Virus record (IMG/VR): IMGVR_UViG_3300011774_000001
Span: 1-64,000 of that record
DNA: 64,000 nt
Direction: 5' to 3' (one strand)
Source: a virus
Lineage: Duplodnaviria; Caudoviricetes
This document shows positions 35,829-44,492 of this stretch, piece by piece; the stretch's first letter is position 1; every line of letters starts with the position of its first letter. Made by a program: the position numbers and the translations under genes. The notes below the pieces were generated by a model. That model searched no databases and had not been told where the DNA came from. It worked only from the letters and a program-made list of their open reading frames with translations.

Positions 35829-35991
35829 GTTGAACAGTATGATCCTTTCCATCGGTGAACAACTGCGCCTAGTCTCCAAGAGTCTGGCGCAGGCTGACGG
35901 TCATCAGGTTGAACTGCTGACCACTCAACGGGACACCCTGCTGAATGAATATACTGCCCTGTGCAGCAAAGCTGCTACCCTGATCGCTTAA
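35809..35991 (+). CDS. Small helical hypothetical protein
   Basis: AAGGT RBS; overlaps upstream gene. Confidence 0.6.
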   Translation: MNMQLLELNSMILSIGEQLRLVSKSLAQADGHQVELLTTQRDTLLNEYTALCSKAATLIA

Positions 35992-36038
35992 GTCTATACT
36001 TAAGTGCATTGGGGGCAGTGCTTTTAAGTATAGACTTA
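35989..36038. repeat. 15-bp perfect AT-rich inverted repeat
   Basis: TAAGTCTATACTTAA ... TTAAGTATAGACTTA with a 20-nt self-complementary spacer. Confidence 0.9.
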
Positions 36039-36064
36039 TCTTCCCCAGATCCTAAGGAGGATCA

Positions 36065-36388
36065 ATGAAGGTCTTTAAGACTTCCCGCACATCGCCTGCT
36101 GTAGACATGCGCAAGAACTACGCTGACCCAATGTTTAAGGAGATGGACTTGATTGAGTATGACATCACTCGTGAAACTCATCAGGTGCGTTTCTTTGAAA
36201 TGCTCGAAGCCCTCACCTTACCTGTGTATGGAAAAGGCTTAGACAAGGTTGGCCGCATGGTCCTGTTCCTGTACGACCACCGCGGTAAGGTGATCATCTA
36301 CCAGAACGGACAGACGCTCTCATCCATCTACGACAACGAACAAACACAAGCTGCAGTATCCACCATCTTGGATAACATGCGCAAATAA
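36065..36388 (+). CDS. Hypothetical protein
   Basis: TAAGGAGG RBS. Confidence 0.75.
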   Translation: MKVFKTSRTSPAVDMRKNYADPMFKEMDLIEYDITRETHQVRFFEMLEALTLPVYGKGLDKVGRMVLFLYDHRGKVIIYQNGQTLSSIYDNEQTQAAVSTILDNMRK

Positions 36389-36389
36389 C

Positions 36390-36423
36390 GGCATAGCCTC
36401 CCTCCCCTTGCGGGGAGGGAGGC
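36390..36423. terminator. Hairpin at convergent junction preceded by GGCATA
   Basis: GCCTCCCTCCCC-TTGC-GGGGAGGGAGGC. Confidence 0.85.
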
Positions 36424-36433
36424 CAATCGCCTG

Positions 36434-36571
36434 CTACTTATTTTTTTGCTTCACGCGCTCGCTGATCTTAGCCAGCTGGATGTTGGTCACGATCTCACGA
36501 ATCGCTTGACGACCTTGGCACACTTGTTGATTGGACATGACCGGTACGCGCTCTGCTACTGCTGCTTGCAT
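36434..36571 (-). CDS. 45-aa basic peptide
   Basis: AAGGA RBS just after the SMI1 stop; MQAAVAERVPVMSNQQVCQGRQAIREIVTNIQLAKISERVKQKNK. Confidence 0.6.
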   Translation of the reverse strand: MQAAVAERVPVMSNQQVCQGRQAIREIVTNIQLAKISERVKQKNK

Positions 36572-36581
36572 GCTGAGTCCT

Positions 36582-37055
36582 TTACTTGATCTTGGAGAAC
36601 ACCATGGAGATAAATTCCTCCAAGGATTTGGCGATGATTTGCCGTTTGGGTTTGCCGGTACGAAACAGGATGATTTGACCGCGACGCCCACCGGCTGAAG
36701 GGGCTTGGTCAATGCAGTAGTAATCTGCACCGTTGATCTTGGCAAACGGAATCCAACCAGGGTTCCACCAGCTGTCTTGTACACCGCTGTCTGGCTGAGC
36801 CTTCTTGTCATCCGTCTTGCCGTCTGTGTAGGTCTCGTTGAAACCTGCCCAGGTAGCCAGCACTTTCTGATGAGGCAGGAAAGTAATCTTGCCCGTCTCA
36901 GTCTTGATTGCCATGCCGTTGGATTGCTCCAGCACAGCGCGCAGGTCCTTAGGCATTTCAATCTTGGCCTTCTTCTCGTTCTCATCGGCCTTGGCCTTGT
37001 CGAGTTCTGGACCTTTCTTTACGCCCTTAGGCAGGGATGACAGGTTAGCGGCCAT
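36582..37055 (-). CDS. SMI1/KNR4 (SUKH superfamily) protein
   Basis: E...IEMPKDLRAVL..SNG; WWNPGWIPFA..NGADYYCID.AP...GRRGQII; IAKSLEEFI. Confidence 0.85.
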   Translation of the reverse strand: MAANLSSLPKGVKKGPELDKAKADENEKKAKIEMPKDLRAVLEQSNGMAIKTETGKITFLPHQKVLATWAGFNETYTDGKTDDKKAQPDSGVQDSWWNPGWIPFAKINGADYYCIDQAPSAGGRRGQIILFRTGKPKRQIIAKSLEEFISMVFSKIK

Positions 37056-37458
37056 TCTTCGGCTCCTGGGTAATTTGCTCTATATAGTTCAACCAGTTGC
37101 CTAGGAACTCGCGAGCACGCGCATGATTGGTCAAAGGCTTGCCAGTCTGGCGACCAGACTCGAATGCCAGACGAGACAACTCACGAATCCCCTGATACGC
37201 CATCTCTTTACGGCGCAGGTTTTCCCAATCCAGTCGCTGGTCGATACCATGCAGATGCGAGCGGATGTGGAAGGTGATCATGTTGGCACGATGACCGCCC
37301 ACAGGCTCTGGCAGTTCCACACTGGCTAACTTCTCCAGCTCTTGGCCAGCCAAGTGATCGGCGTAGATCTCCTCGTGCATCTGTTCGTGAATGTCCACAG
37401 CCCGCTGCTCTTCAGGAGTCAGTGGCTTTTGTTCACTCTGGTATTTGAAGTCAGACAT
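37045..37458 (-). CDS. Hypothetical protein
   Basis: TGATG coupling with upstream gene. Confidence 0.65.
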   Translation of the reverse strand: MSDFKYQSEQKPLTPEEQRAVDIHEQMHEEIYADHLAGQELEKLASVELPEPVGGHRANMITFHIRSHLHGIDQRLDWENLRRKEMAYQGIRELSRLAFESGRQTGKPLTNHARAREFLGNWLNYIEQITQEPKNGR

Positions 37459-37661
37459 CAGTCCAGGGTTATGCGCAGATGGTCGCATGTGAAACTCCGT
37501 AACTTGGCCGGGAACTCTTTCAAGCTCTCGTATCGTCTACGGGCTTGTTGTTGAGAACACAGATAAATGAAATCGCGTCGTTGTTGGGCGTTAAAAGATG
37601 AAGGCCCGTGCAGCATCGAGTAGTTCAGGGGTTTTAGAATCCCACCTACTTTGTTACTCAT
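37458..37661 (-). CDS. Small hypothetical protein
   Basis: Overlaps both neighbours in the coupled operon. Confidence 0.55.
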   Translation of the reverse strand: MSNKVGGILKPLNYSMLHGPSSFNAQQRRDFIYLCSQQQARRRYESLKEFPAKLRSFTCDHLRITLD

Positions 37662-38208
37662 CATCTCCAGCATCGGAGTCGGTAGCGTCAGTTGCATTGA
37701 GTGACTCCATTAACATGCGATCGATGGGGTCCATGGGACCGTACTCGGTAGGAGGCACCATCAAGAAATCAATGTCACTCGATGGTGTGGGTTCGGAGTG
37801 ATCAACGGTGCCCGTAGGAACTATCCGGCCCAAGTAGGGAACACCATCCTTAACGACATCAATGCGAGAGACTGGGTCAGGCATGAAATCACAGTTGCCC
37901 ATGCTCAGTGAATCGATACCGCCATCACTTGGCTCGATAATCTTGGTCGGGTAGAAGTGTTCTACGAACTCAAACTCCCGGTGACGCAGTTTAATCCATT
38001 CCAGCTGGGACCTGAAGTTAATGTCCTGGTCAAAGCCAGATATCGCAGCAGACACCATGAAGCTAACTGCCGAGATGTAAGAAGGGGGTTGATAGAGGGC
38101 GGTATCGTCCACACCCTCCTCAACAAGGCTCTGGGCCAACTTATCCAGCTGTTCCTGCTCGCGCTTACGATCTGCCTGACGCTGCAGGCGCTTTCTACGG
38201 TTGGCCAT
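37654..38208 (-). CDS. Hypothetical protein, basic N-terminus and acidic C-terminus
   Basis: AAGGT RBS; 184 aa. Confidence 0.7.
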   Translation of the reverse strand: MANRRKRLQRQADRKREQEQLDKLAQSLVEEGVDDTALYQPPSYISAVSFMVSAAISGFDQDINFRSQLEWIKLRHREFEFVEHFYPTKIIEPSDGGIDSLSMGNCDFMPDPVSRIDVVKDGVPYLGRIVPTGTVDHSEPTPSSDIDFLMVPPTEYGPMDPIDRMLMESLNATDATDSDAGDDE

Positions 38209-38222
38209 TTGCTTACCTTGAA

Positions 38223-38918
38223 TTAACGTGGTTTCCTGAATGATTGCTTGGATCTGTTGCGAATCACACTGCCCCGCATTTTCTTGGTGCGGTTCTGTCG
38301 CTTGCGATTGCGCAGGATGTCCAGCTTGACCATCTGAAGCAGGGTGTCGCAGATAAGGTCGTGAGCCAGCGCTTGACGCTCTGGGGACATCGCCACAACG
38401 TGTTGCTGCATCGTGCCAATGTCGAGCACGATATCGCCGGGCAATGGACCATGGGGACGATCAAGGCCTTCACCACCGTGCCAGTGTTCTGGAACCTTGA
38501 TACCGCGTAGGGGTTCTGGGATTTCGATAACCGATGGCCTTAGACCATCCCATGTTTCGGGACTGGATGTGAGGGCGAGGTATCGCGCCTCATCTTCTGG
38601 ATTATGCCAACCTACAATGTTGTCCCACACCCCGAAGGTCAGCACATCCACTTCCGGTTGACCAGTACCACTGACCAACCCAACTTCGGAAAGTACAGCG
38701 ACGTTCTGACCATTGTGCTGGGCCATGTCTACCGTGAACTGTTTACCATCAGGTAAGTTGATAGGTGTCTGCAGGAGTTCGGCTAAGCCTTCTGGAGGTT
38801 GGTAAAGATATCTGGCGATACCTTTGGGTTCTTCTGGCACAACGACCTCTTTGACAGGGTCACCCACCCTCTTGATCTCCAGAGCTTCCACATCGCACAA
38901 CTTTTTACCCTTTTCCAT
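38223..38918 (-). CDS. Hypothetical protein with very basic C-terminal tail
   Basis: 231-aa ORF coupled to upstream gene. Confidence 0.7.
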   Translation of the reverse strand: MEKGKKLCDVEALEIKRVGDPVKEVVVPEEPKGIARYLYQPPEGLAELLQTPINLPDGKQFTVDMAQHNGQNVAVLSEVGLVSGTGQPEVDVLTFGVWDNIVGWHNPEDEARYLALTSSPETWDGLRPSVIEIPEPLRGIKVPEHWHGGEGLDRPHGPLPGDIVLDIGTMQQHVVAMSPERQALAHDLICDTLLQMVKLDILRNRKRQNRTKKMRGSVIRNRSKQSFRKPR

Positions 38919-39369
38919 TATTCACATCCCGAATAGCTTGTTGAAGCGGTGAGAGGACTTGCCGGCGAGGACCTCGATAGTCAATGTGACCAATCGTACC
39001 CACATTGACGTAAGTCAATGGTCTGTCTAGGAAACGGTCTTGAACCACATCCACAGACCAGTCTCCGCCAATAGTCCGATACATGAACGGCTCGCCATCA
39101 CAGTAGTAGCCGAGGGTAAAGCCAGCATTCCATTGGGCTTTGGCATCACGCATTTCAACTACGCGATCCTTGTACGGGTCTGCCAACGGTCCTGCAAACA
39201 TCGGCTCATTGCTGAAGTTGGTGCGCCCGGTGTAGTAGAGGATGCGTTCGTTGGGGTCAGGCTCGATGACAAGACGAGCCGAGATACCCTTCCACTGGCC
39301 GATTACCCGCTCCACCAACCTACCATCCTCGTCAATAGCGGTGACCTTTGGTTTATCGCACCTGTTCAT
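38905..39369 (-). CDS. Hypothetical protein carrying an EF-Tu-like [10 protein letters not shown] motif
   Basis: ATGA coupling; motif at aa 121-130. Confidence 0.75.
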   Translation of the reverse strand: [154 protein letters not shown]

Positions 39370-39584
39370 TTTGGTACCTTGAATGTGATAACGTAGCCTG
39401 GGTCATGGGGGCGAGTAACCACCATGGTTCTTGTCAGGTAGGGACCACCTGTGGGTATGCCAATGGACAGGTAGTGGGCTTCACGAGCCTTGTACCATGC
39501 ATCCAGGGCCTCTGGTTTGGTCATCTCACCCTTCTCGTAGAGGCGATGCCAGCGGCTCTTCTTGAACTTTACAAAGGTACCCAT
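39366..39584 (-). CDS. Small hypothetical protein
   Basis: GGAAGG RBS; coupled to both neighbours. Confidence 0.6.
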   Translation of the reverse strand: MGTFVKFKKSRWHRLYEKGEMTKPEALDAWYKAREAHYLSIGIPTGGPYLTRTMVVTRPHDPGYVITFKVPK

Positions 39585-40528
39585 CGGCCTTCCACCTTGT
39601 AAGAGAATGAAGGTTCGCCGGCTCTAACCTTAACCTGCACGCGGCTTGGACCGACAACCTTAATGATTTCCCGATCAAAGAGGCATTCCAATTGACCCTC
39701 AGTTACGAGGGGGTGATTGCCATGTTCCTTAACCACCTCATTCCATGCAGTGATTGCTGCAAACTTCAGCTCTTCAGGAGTCATGGGTACCTTGATCGAT
39801 GGGATGTTGATTTCGGACGATGGAACGAAGCGGCGGAAGTGATGGCCGTCACGCTCCTTAATGCCTGGCAATTTGATAATCCAGTCACCGTTGTTGCGTT
39901 TGAACTCGAATTGCGGTTCGCCATAACGGTCATCCTTGAAGTCCACACGAGACTCCACACCTTCCGGCGCACGGTCCAACCAGTCGCGTTCATAGCGGGC
40001 TTGGATACGGGCCTTGCTTGGCCGCATCTCGTGAGCAAAGTGCATCAGAGTAAGGTTCCATGCATACCATGCCAACTTGTCCCACTCGTCGATGAAGTTG
40101 GGCTTATGGCTGCTGGCAATGAAGGTGTCGCGGTAGAAGTCACCGATCCCTGGTTTACGGGCGGCAGCTATCCCGCCATCACTGACGAACGTCCATTCTT
40201 CTGTGATGGGCATCAGACGCTTACCGTCGGCCATCCGCATGGAGCCGTCTTCGTAGTATTGTCCAGCTTCTGGGTGTGGGTTGTCCTTGCCGTACTGAAC
40301 AAACTCACTGATGTCGAAAGACTCGTCATCCTTGGGATAGTTCTGCAACGAACGAATCATCTCCCACGTCAGGCGATTGGCCTTTATGCCAAGGATGCTC
40401 TCGTAGAAGTATTGAGGGTTAACCTTACATTCTTCGAGGATCAGTTCCTTCTGTTCCTGCGTCAGCGACTGCGAGAAGGGGTCCAGCATCTTCACGTTCT
40501 TGTTGACAAGTTCCATCACATTCTCCAA
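39569..40528 (-). CDS. Hypothetical protein with terminase-N-terminus-like segment
   Basis: LDPFSQSLTQEQKELILEECKVNPQYFYESILGI near the N-terminus; no ATPase motifs. Confidence 0.7.
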   Translation of the reverse strand: MENVMELVNKNVKMLDPFSQSLTQEQKELILEECKVNPQYFYESILGIKANRLTWEMIRSLQNYPKDDESFDISEFVQYGKDNPHPEAGQYYEDGSMRMADGKRLMPITEEWTFVSDGGIAAARKPGIGDFYRDTFIASSHKPNFIDEWDKLAWYAWNLTLMHFAHEMRPSKARIQARYERDWLDRAPEGVESRVDFKDDRYGEPQFEFKRNNGDWIIKLPGIKERDGHHFRRFVPSSEINIPSIKVPMTPEELKFAAITAWNEVVKEHGNHPLVTEGQLECLFDREIIKVVGPSRVQVKVRAGEPSFSYKVEGRWVPL

Positions 40529-40568
40529 ATTCTAGCATAAAGGCCCACCCCGAAGGATGGGCGAATGA

Positions 40569-40706
40569 TTACGCAGTTAAAACGCCGGGCTGTGGTCGTT
40601 TGCTATCAATCAGCTTTTGAGCTGCTTCAAGGTCACGCCAGAAGTTACCGTCACGTTCGCGTACGCGCCGTACCCTTTCTGAGAAGGAGTTAGGCCGCTT
40701 ACTCAC
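40569..40706 (-). CDS. 45-aa peptide (not in ORF track)
   Basis: GTGA overlap with upstream stop; VSKRPNSFSERVRRVRERDGNFWRDLEAAQKLIDSKRPQPGVLTA; followed by a hairpin. Confidence 0.55.
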   Translation of the reverse strand: MSKRPNSFSERVRRVRERDGNFWRDLEAAQKLIDSKRPQPGVLTA

Positions 40707-41533
40707 TTCTGCTCTTCCTGCTGCTGCTGTTCGGAAGCACGCTTGGCTTCGTCTTCAGCAGCCTGCTCTTCGGCAGACTTGGTAGGAGCTGGAGCGGGTT
40801 GTTCAGCCGGTGGTTGTTCACCAGTCTGAGCCAGACCGTTGTCGGCAGTCTTCACAGGTTCCTGTTGCTCCGGGTTTGGAGTTTCAGCCTGTGTGTCAAC
40901 TGCAGGCACGGCGCCGTCCAGGACGGTTTTCTCGTCAGCCAGTTTCATGTCATTCGGGGCAGCACCGATCTGTGCTTCGACAGGCGCGCCCACTTGAACC
41001 ACGGCCGAATCAGCTTGACCTTCCAGTGGGGCAGCAACGCTACCTGCTTCGGAAATGGTCAGGCCGTTGTCGTGTTCAGGCTTGGCGACATCTTCACCAC
41101 GCTGTTCAGCCAGCGAGGAGTAGCCAGGTTGCAGAACGTTGTCCTCAACCTGTTCCACTTCGTCAGGGTTGGCACCAGTCGGATGACTGCCCGGCTCCCA
41201 GCGACCGACCACCTGGCTTTCGTGGAACACCTGAGCAGCGCGGGGTTCTTTGCTGCCATCGGATACCACAGCGGCCAACAGGTTCAGACGCGGGTGGGTG
41301 TTCTGAGCCAGCTGGTTGAAGCGGCGTACGAATACGGCGGCTTCCAGATGCTCACGTTTGACTTCAGCGGCGGAGATAACCTCACCGATGATGACGCCCA
41401 CTTTACGCTTGACACCTTCCAGAGAAGGCTCGGCCGTGTCGGTGGAGCGGTTCGGCTCAGTGGCCTGGGCTTTGCGTTGGGCATCGGCAGTTTGTTGAGC
41501 CTGCTGGGCCTGACGCTGTTTTTTCTTCGACAT
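40703..41533 (-). CDS. Largely disordered acidic Ala/Gln/Glu-rich protein
   Basis: GGAG RBS before MSKKKQR; strong codon bias. Confidence 0.75.
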   Translation of the reverse strand: MSKKKQRQAQQAQQTADAQRKAQATEPNRSTDTAEPSLEGVKRKVGVIIGEVISAAEVKREHLEAAVFVRRFNQLAQNTHPRLNLLAAVVSDGSKEPRAAQVFHESQVVGRWEPGSHPTGANPDEVEQVEDNVLQPGYSSLAEQRGEDVAKPEHDNGLTISEAGSVAAPLEGQADSAVVQVGAPVEAQIGAAPNDMKLADEKTVLDGAVPAVDTQAETPNPEQQEPVKTADNGLAQTGEQPPAEQPAPAPTKSAEEQAAEDEAKRASEQQQQEEQK

Positions 41534-41586
41534 GTGATTTCTCCATGTTTCCGTTGAAAGTGGGGTGGGGTCCCCACATAAGAATG

Positions 41587-41946
41587 TCAACCACCCGGTC
41601 GGCTGAGTTGCTCATTGATCGCCCGCGCGTTGGCCCGACCCGCTTCACGATAGATGTGATCGATAACCTGCTGAACCTTCTGCTGACCGCGCTGCAACTC
41701 AGGGGTCATTGGATACAGGTTCTCGGCCTTGGTGCGGCGCAGCTTGTAGGACTGGAACATCGCAGGACCCTGGCCGTAGGACTGCAGGTTGCTGCAAACC
41801 ATGATGCTCAGGGTGTGGCTGCGGTTGGTCCCAACATAGCGAACACGCTTATCGGCGATCATATTCTGATCAGCATCGAAGTAGCACAGTTGCAGGTGGT
41901 CAGTCGGCACAATGGTGCCGAACACATTGATTCCGTGAAAAGCCAT
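41587..41946 (-). CDS. Hypothetical protein
   Basis: TGATG coupling with SbcC stop. Confidence 0.7.
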   Translation of the reverse strand: MAFHGINVFGTIVPTDHLQLCYFDADQNMIADKRVRYVGTNRSHTLSIMVCSNLQSYGQGPAMFQSYKLRRTKAENLYPMTPELQRGQQKVQQVIDHIYREAGRANARAINEQLSRPGG

Positions 41947-44453
41947 CAGCTGATCTCCACATGAATGTTCGCATCGACTGGACGCGTGATATTTCTGTCA
42001 TCCAATACCACGAACTCGGCTTGGTTGAATGAACCGTAGACCGACGAATAATGACTGACCATGAACAACTGACTGAAGCGACCTTGCTCCATCAGTGCCT
42101 GAATGTAACTCACCAGACGCTCACGGTGCTCATCGTCAAAGTCCTTACCGAACTCATCCGCCAGCAGTGGGTAATCGTGCAGCCCCGACAGCTCCATCAC
42201 CACCAACTTGAACACCCAGTCAATCATGGAGACTTGACCGGTTGACCCATCGGCTACATCGCCATCTGGGTTGGGTTCGTTGTTGACAATGATCGGCAAC
42301 TTTACATTGAGGGTGGCACCTTCTTCCAGCACAGCATCCAATTCCATCGGATACGTCCAGACCATCTCAATGTGTTCGTTGATCATGCCGCAGAAGTGAC
42401 GGATGAAGTCTTTGGTGATCTCAGCCACAATGCCGTGAGTAGGCGACAGGGCTTTGGCCAACAGCTTGTACGCATTGTACTTGCTCTCAACATCAATCAG
42501 CTCTTCACGAGTGTTCTCGTAGCGGGCTTGCAGGTCACGATAGCGCTGAGTGGTTTGATGTAGGACACCCAGACGCGTCATCACCTTGCCACGGACTTTA
42601 TCCAGATGCTCATCACGCAACGCATCTTCGACCTGAGTACGCAGTTGAGTGAACTGTTCACAGGCTGCAAACATCTCACCGAGCAACCCATCCAGTTTCT
42701 CCAGATGTTGGTACTCTTCAGACAGCTCAGCAATCTCAACGATGGCTTTGTTAATCGCTTCGTACTTGTCGTGCAGCTCACCTTCCAACAGGTCAGCACG
42801 CTGCAACAGGAACTTAGGATCACCGCTGTTCTTGATCAGCTCCAGACGCGATTTGAGATCGTTTAGTTCGGCCGTAATACGTTGGGCGTAAGCCGTATCC
42901 AAAAGTCGTCTGATGGTGTCTGCGAGCGCCACAGGGATCATGGCAGGGTTAGTCTTGACGTAACCTCGATCAGAGACCAGGTTCCAGAACTGCTCCAGCA
43001 CTTTACTGCTACTGCGGATGTTGGCCAACTCACCCAACTTACGGCTGTAGCCATCAAATTCATCGATGTGAACTTGCAGCTCTTCCATCTGACGAGTGGC
43101 TTCTTCCACCTTGCTGCGACGAGTAGCCAGCCCAGTCTCAGTATCGCGTACCAGATCAGCAGGCCAACCCGGCTTGAAGGTGAACTGACATTTAGGGCAG
43201 TCGGTGTCCGGTGTGTGGGTGGCATGTTCCAGTGTGGCCTCCATCTTGGAGATGAGGTTGTTCTGTTCAATGCACCACTGGCTCAGACGCTGGTGACGCT
43301 CTACCCGTTCGTTGTGCTGACCCCGTGTGTAGAGATTGTTCTCATTAGACGGGATTTGTACACACAGTTCAGCCAGTTGCTGCTGGATACCCTGAGCAAC
43401 CGTCAGCAGACCTTCTGGAGAGCTTTCTCCGCACTCATACAGCGCGCCTTGAGCCAAGATACCACTCAGCTCTTCTTCGATCTGAGAGATGCGTGTAGTG
43501 AGCTGTGAGGGGTCATCCAGAGATTCCCGTCCTACGTGCTTGATCAGCGATTGGATACCTTCCAGTGCTTTCTCATGGGTGTCGCATTCGCCCCGAGTCT
43601 GTAGCATGCGGTTACGCAGTTGGGTGATCTCTTGATCGACCTGTTCCTTAGTCTTGCCCCCGTACTGACCGCCCCGACGAATCACCGTCTCTGCCACAAT
43701 GGTTTGTGAGCGCTGATGGATGGTCTGGTAGGCTGTCTGCATGCGTTTAACCAACACGCTAGAGTCAGCTACCGACATACGGCCATTGAGGGCCTGATTG
43801 AGTTCCAGGCCCAATTGCTTGAGTTCTGTGACCTCGCTGTCGGTGTCCTTGTAGTCGTCCTCCAGAGAACGAATCTCATCGGCCATGTTGTGGGTGTTTT
43901 CCATGAGGTACTTCATGGTGCCTTGCAGGTCACGCGCTTTAACACGGAACTCTTCGAACAAACCCAACACGAAATCAAAGTCGGTGCCGGAGATACGCAT
44001 CATCCATTCACGACGTTTGGCAGGCGACATCTTAGACAGACGCACTTGACCTGTAAGGATGTCTGCGATCTCAGGGGTCAACCCCACGTACTTCTCAACC
44101 AACTCTTTCTGAGTGGCCTGAGTGTTGCCGTCGTTGAGTTGAACACCACTCATGGTAAAGGAGTGATGACCCGCTTTAACCTTATAGACGCTGACCAAAT
44201 GGAACGGTTGATCATTGTGGTCGAAGAAGTATTCGACACCGCCACCTGGATGGAATCGACTGCCGTTAGGTACAAGCCACAGGATCAATCGCAGCAAAGA
44301 ACTTTTACCCGCCCCGTTACTGCCCAGGATCACTTGTTCTTGTGAATGAGGGCTCCACTCAAAGCGTTGAATCTTGGCAAGGTCAAACGACTTATAGCCG
44401 GTGACAATCATTTTGGTAAGACGCATGGTCGGGCTTTCCGTATTCGTAGGCAT
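41946..44453 (-). CDS. sbcC: SbcC/Rad50-like SMC ATPase (phiKZ gp165-like)
   Basis: Walker A GSNGAGKS, long coiled coils, zinc hook CPKC, signature STGQ, Walker B LLADE, H-loop VSH. Confidence 0.92.
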   Translation of the reverse strand: MPTNTESPTMRLTKMIVTGYKSFDLAKIQRFEWSPHSQEQVILGSNGAGKSSLLRLILWLVPNGSRFHPGGGVEYFFDHNDQPFHLVSVYKVKAGHHSFTMSGVQLNDGNTQATQKELVEKYVGLTPEIADILTGQVRLSKMSPAKRREWMMRISGTDFDFVLGLFEEFRVKARDLQGTMKYLMENTHNMADEIRSLEDDYKDTDSEVTELKQLGLELNQALNGRMSVADSSVLVKRMQTAYQTIHQRSQTIVAETVIRRGGQYGGKTKEQVDQEITQLRNRMLQTRGECDTHEKALEGIQSLIKHVGRESLDDPSQLTTRISQIEEELSGILAQGALYECGESSPEGLLTVAQGIQQQLAELCVQIPSNENNLYTRGQHNERVERHQRLSQWCIEQNNLISKMEATLEHATHTPDTDCPKCQFTFKPGWPADLVRDTETGLATRRSKVEEATRQMEELQVHIDEFDGYSRKLGELANIRSSSKVLEQFWNLVSDRGYVKTNPAMIPVALADTIRRLLDTAYAQRITAELNDLKSRLELIKNSGDPKFLLQRADLLEGELHDKYEAINKAIVEIAELSEEYQHLEKLDGLLGEMFAACEQFTQLRTQVEDALRDEHLDKVRGKVMTRLGVLHQTTQRYRDLQARYENTREELIDVESKYNAYKLLAKALSPTHGIVAEITKDFIRHFCGMINEHIEMVWTYPMELDAVLEEGATLNVKLPIIVNNEPNPDGDVADGSTGQVSMIDWVFKLVVMELSGLHDYPLLADEFGKDFDDEHRERLVSYIQALMEQGRFSQLFMVSHYSSVYGSFNQAEFVVLDDRNITRPVDANIHVEIS

Positions 44454-44492
44454 TCGCTAATAGAGTGCCACCAACCTGTTAGGAGATACTCC

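Noticed and set aside
31740-36063. Recurring TAAGGA-hairpin and terminator repeats as a CRISPR array or attC-type cassette array
   Set aside because: Spacing is gene-sized and irregular, the repeats are short RBS/terminator structures, and no cas or integrase gene is in the window.
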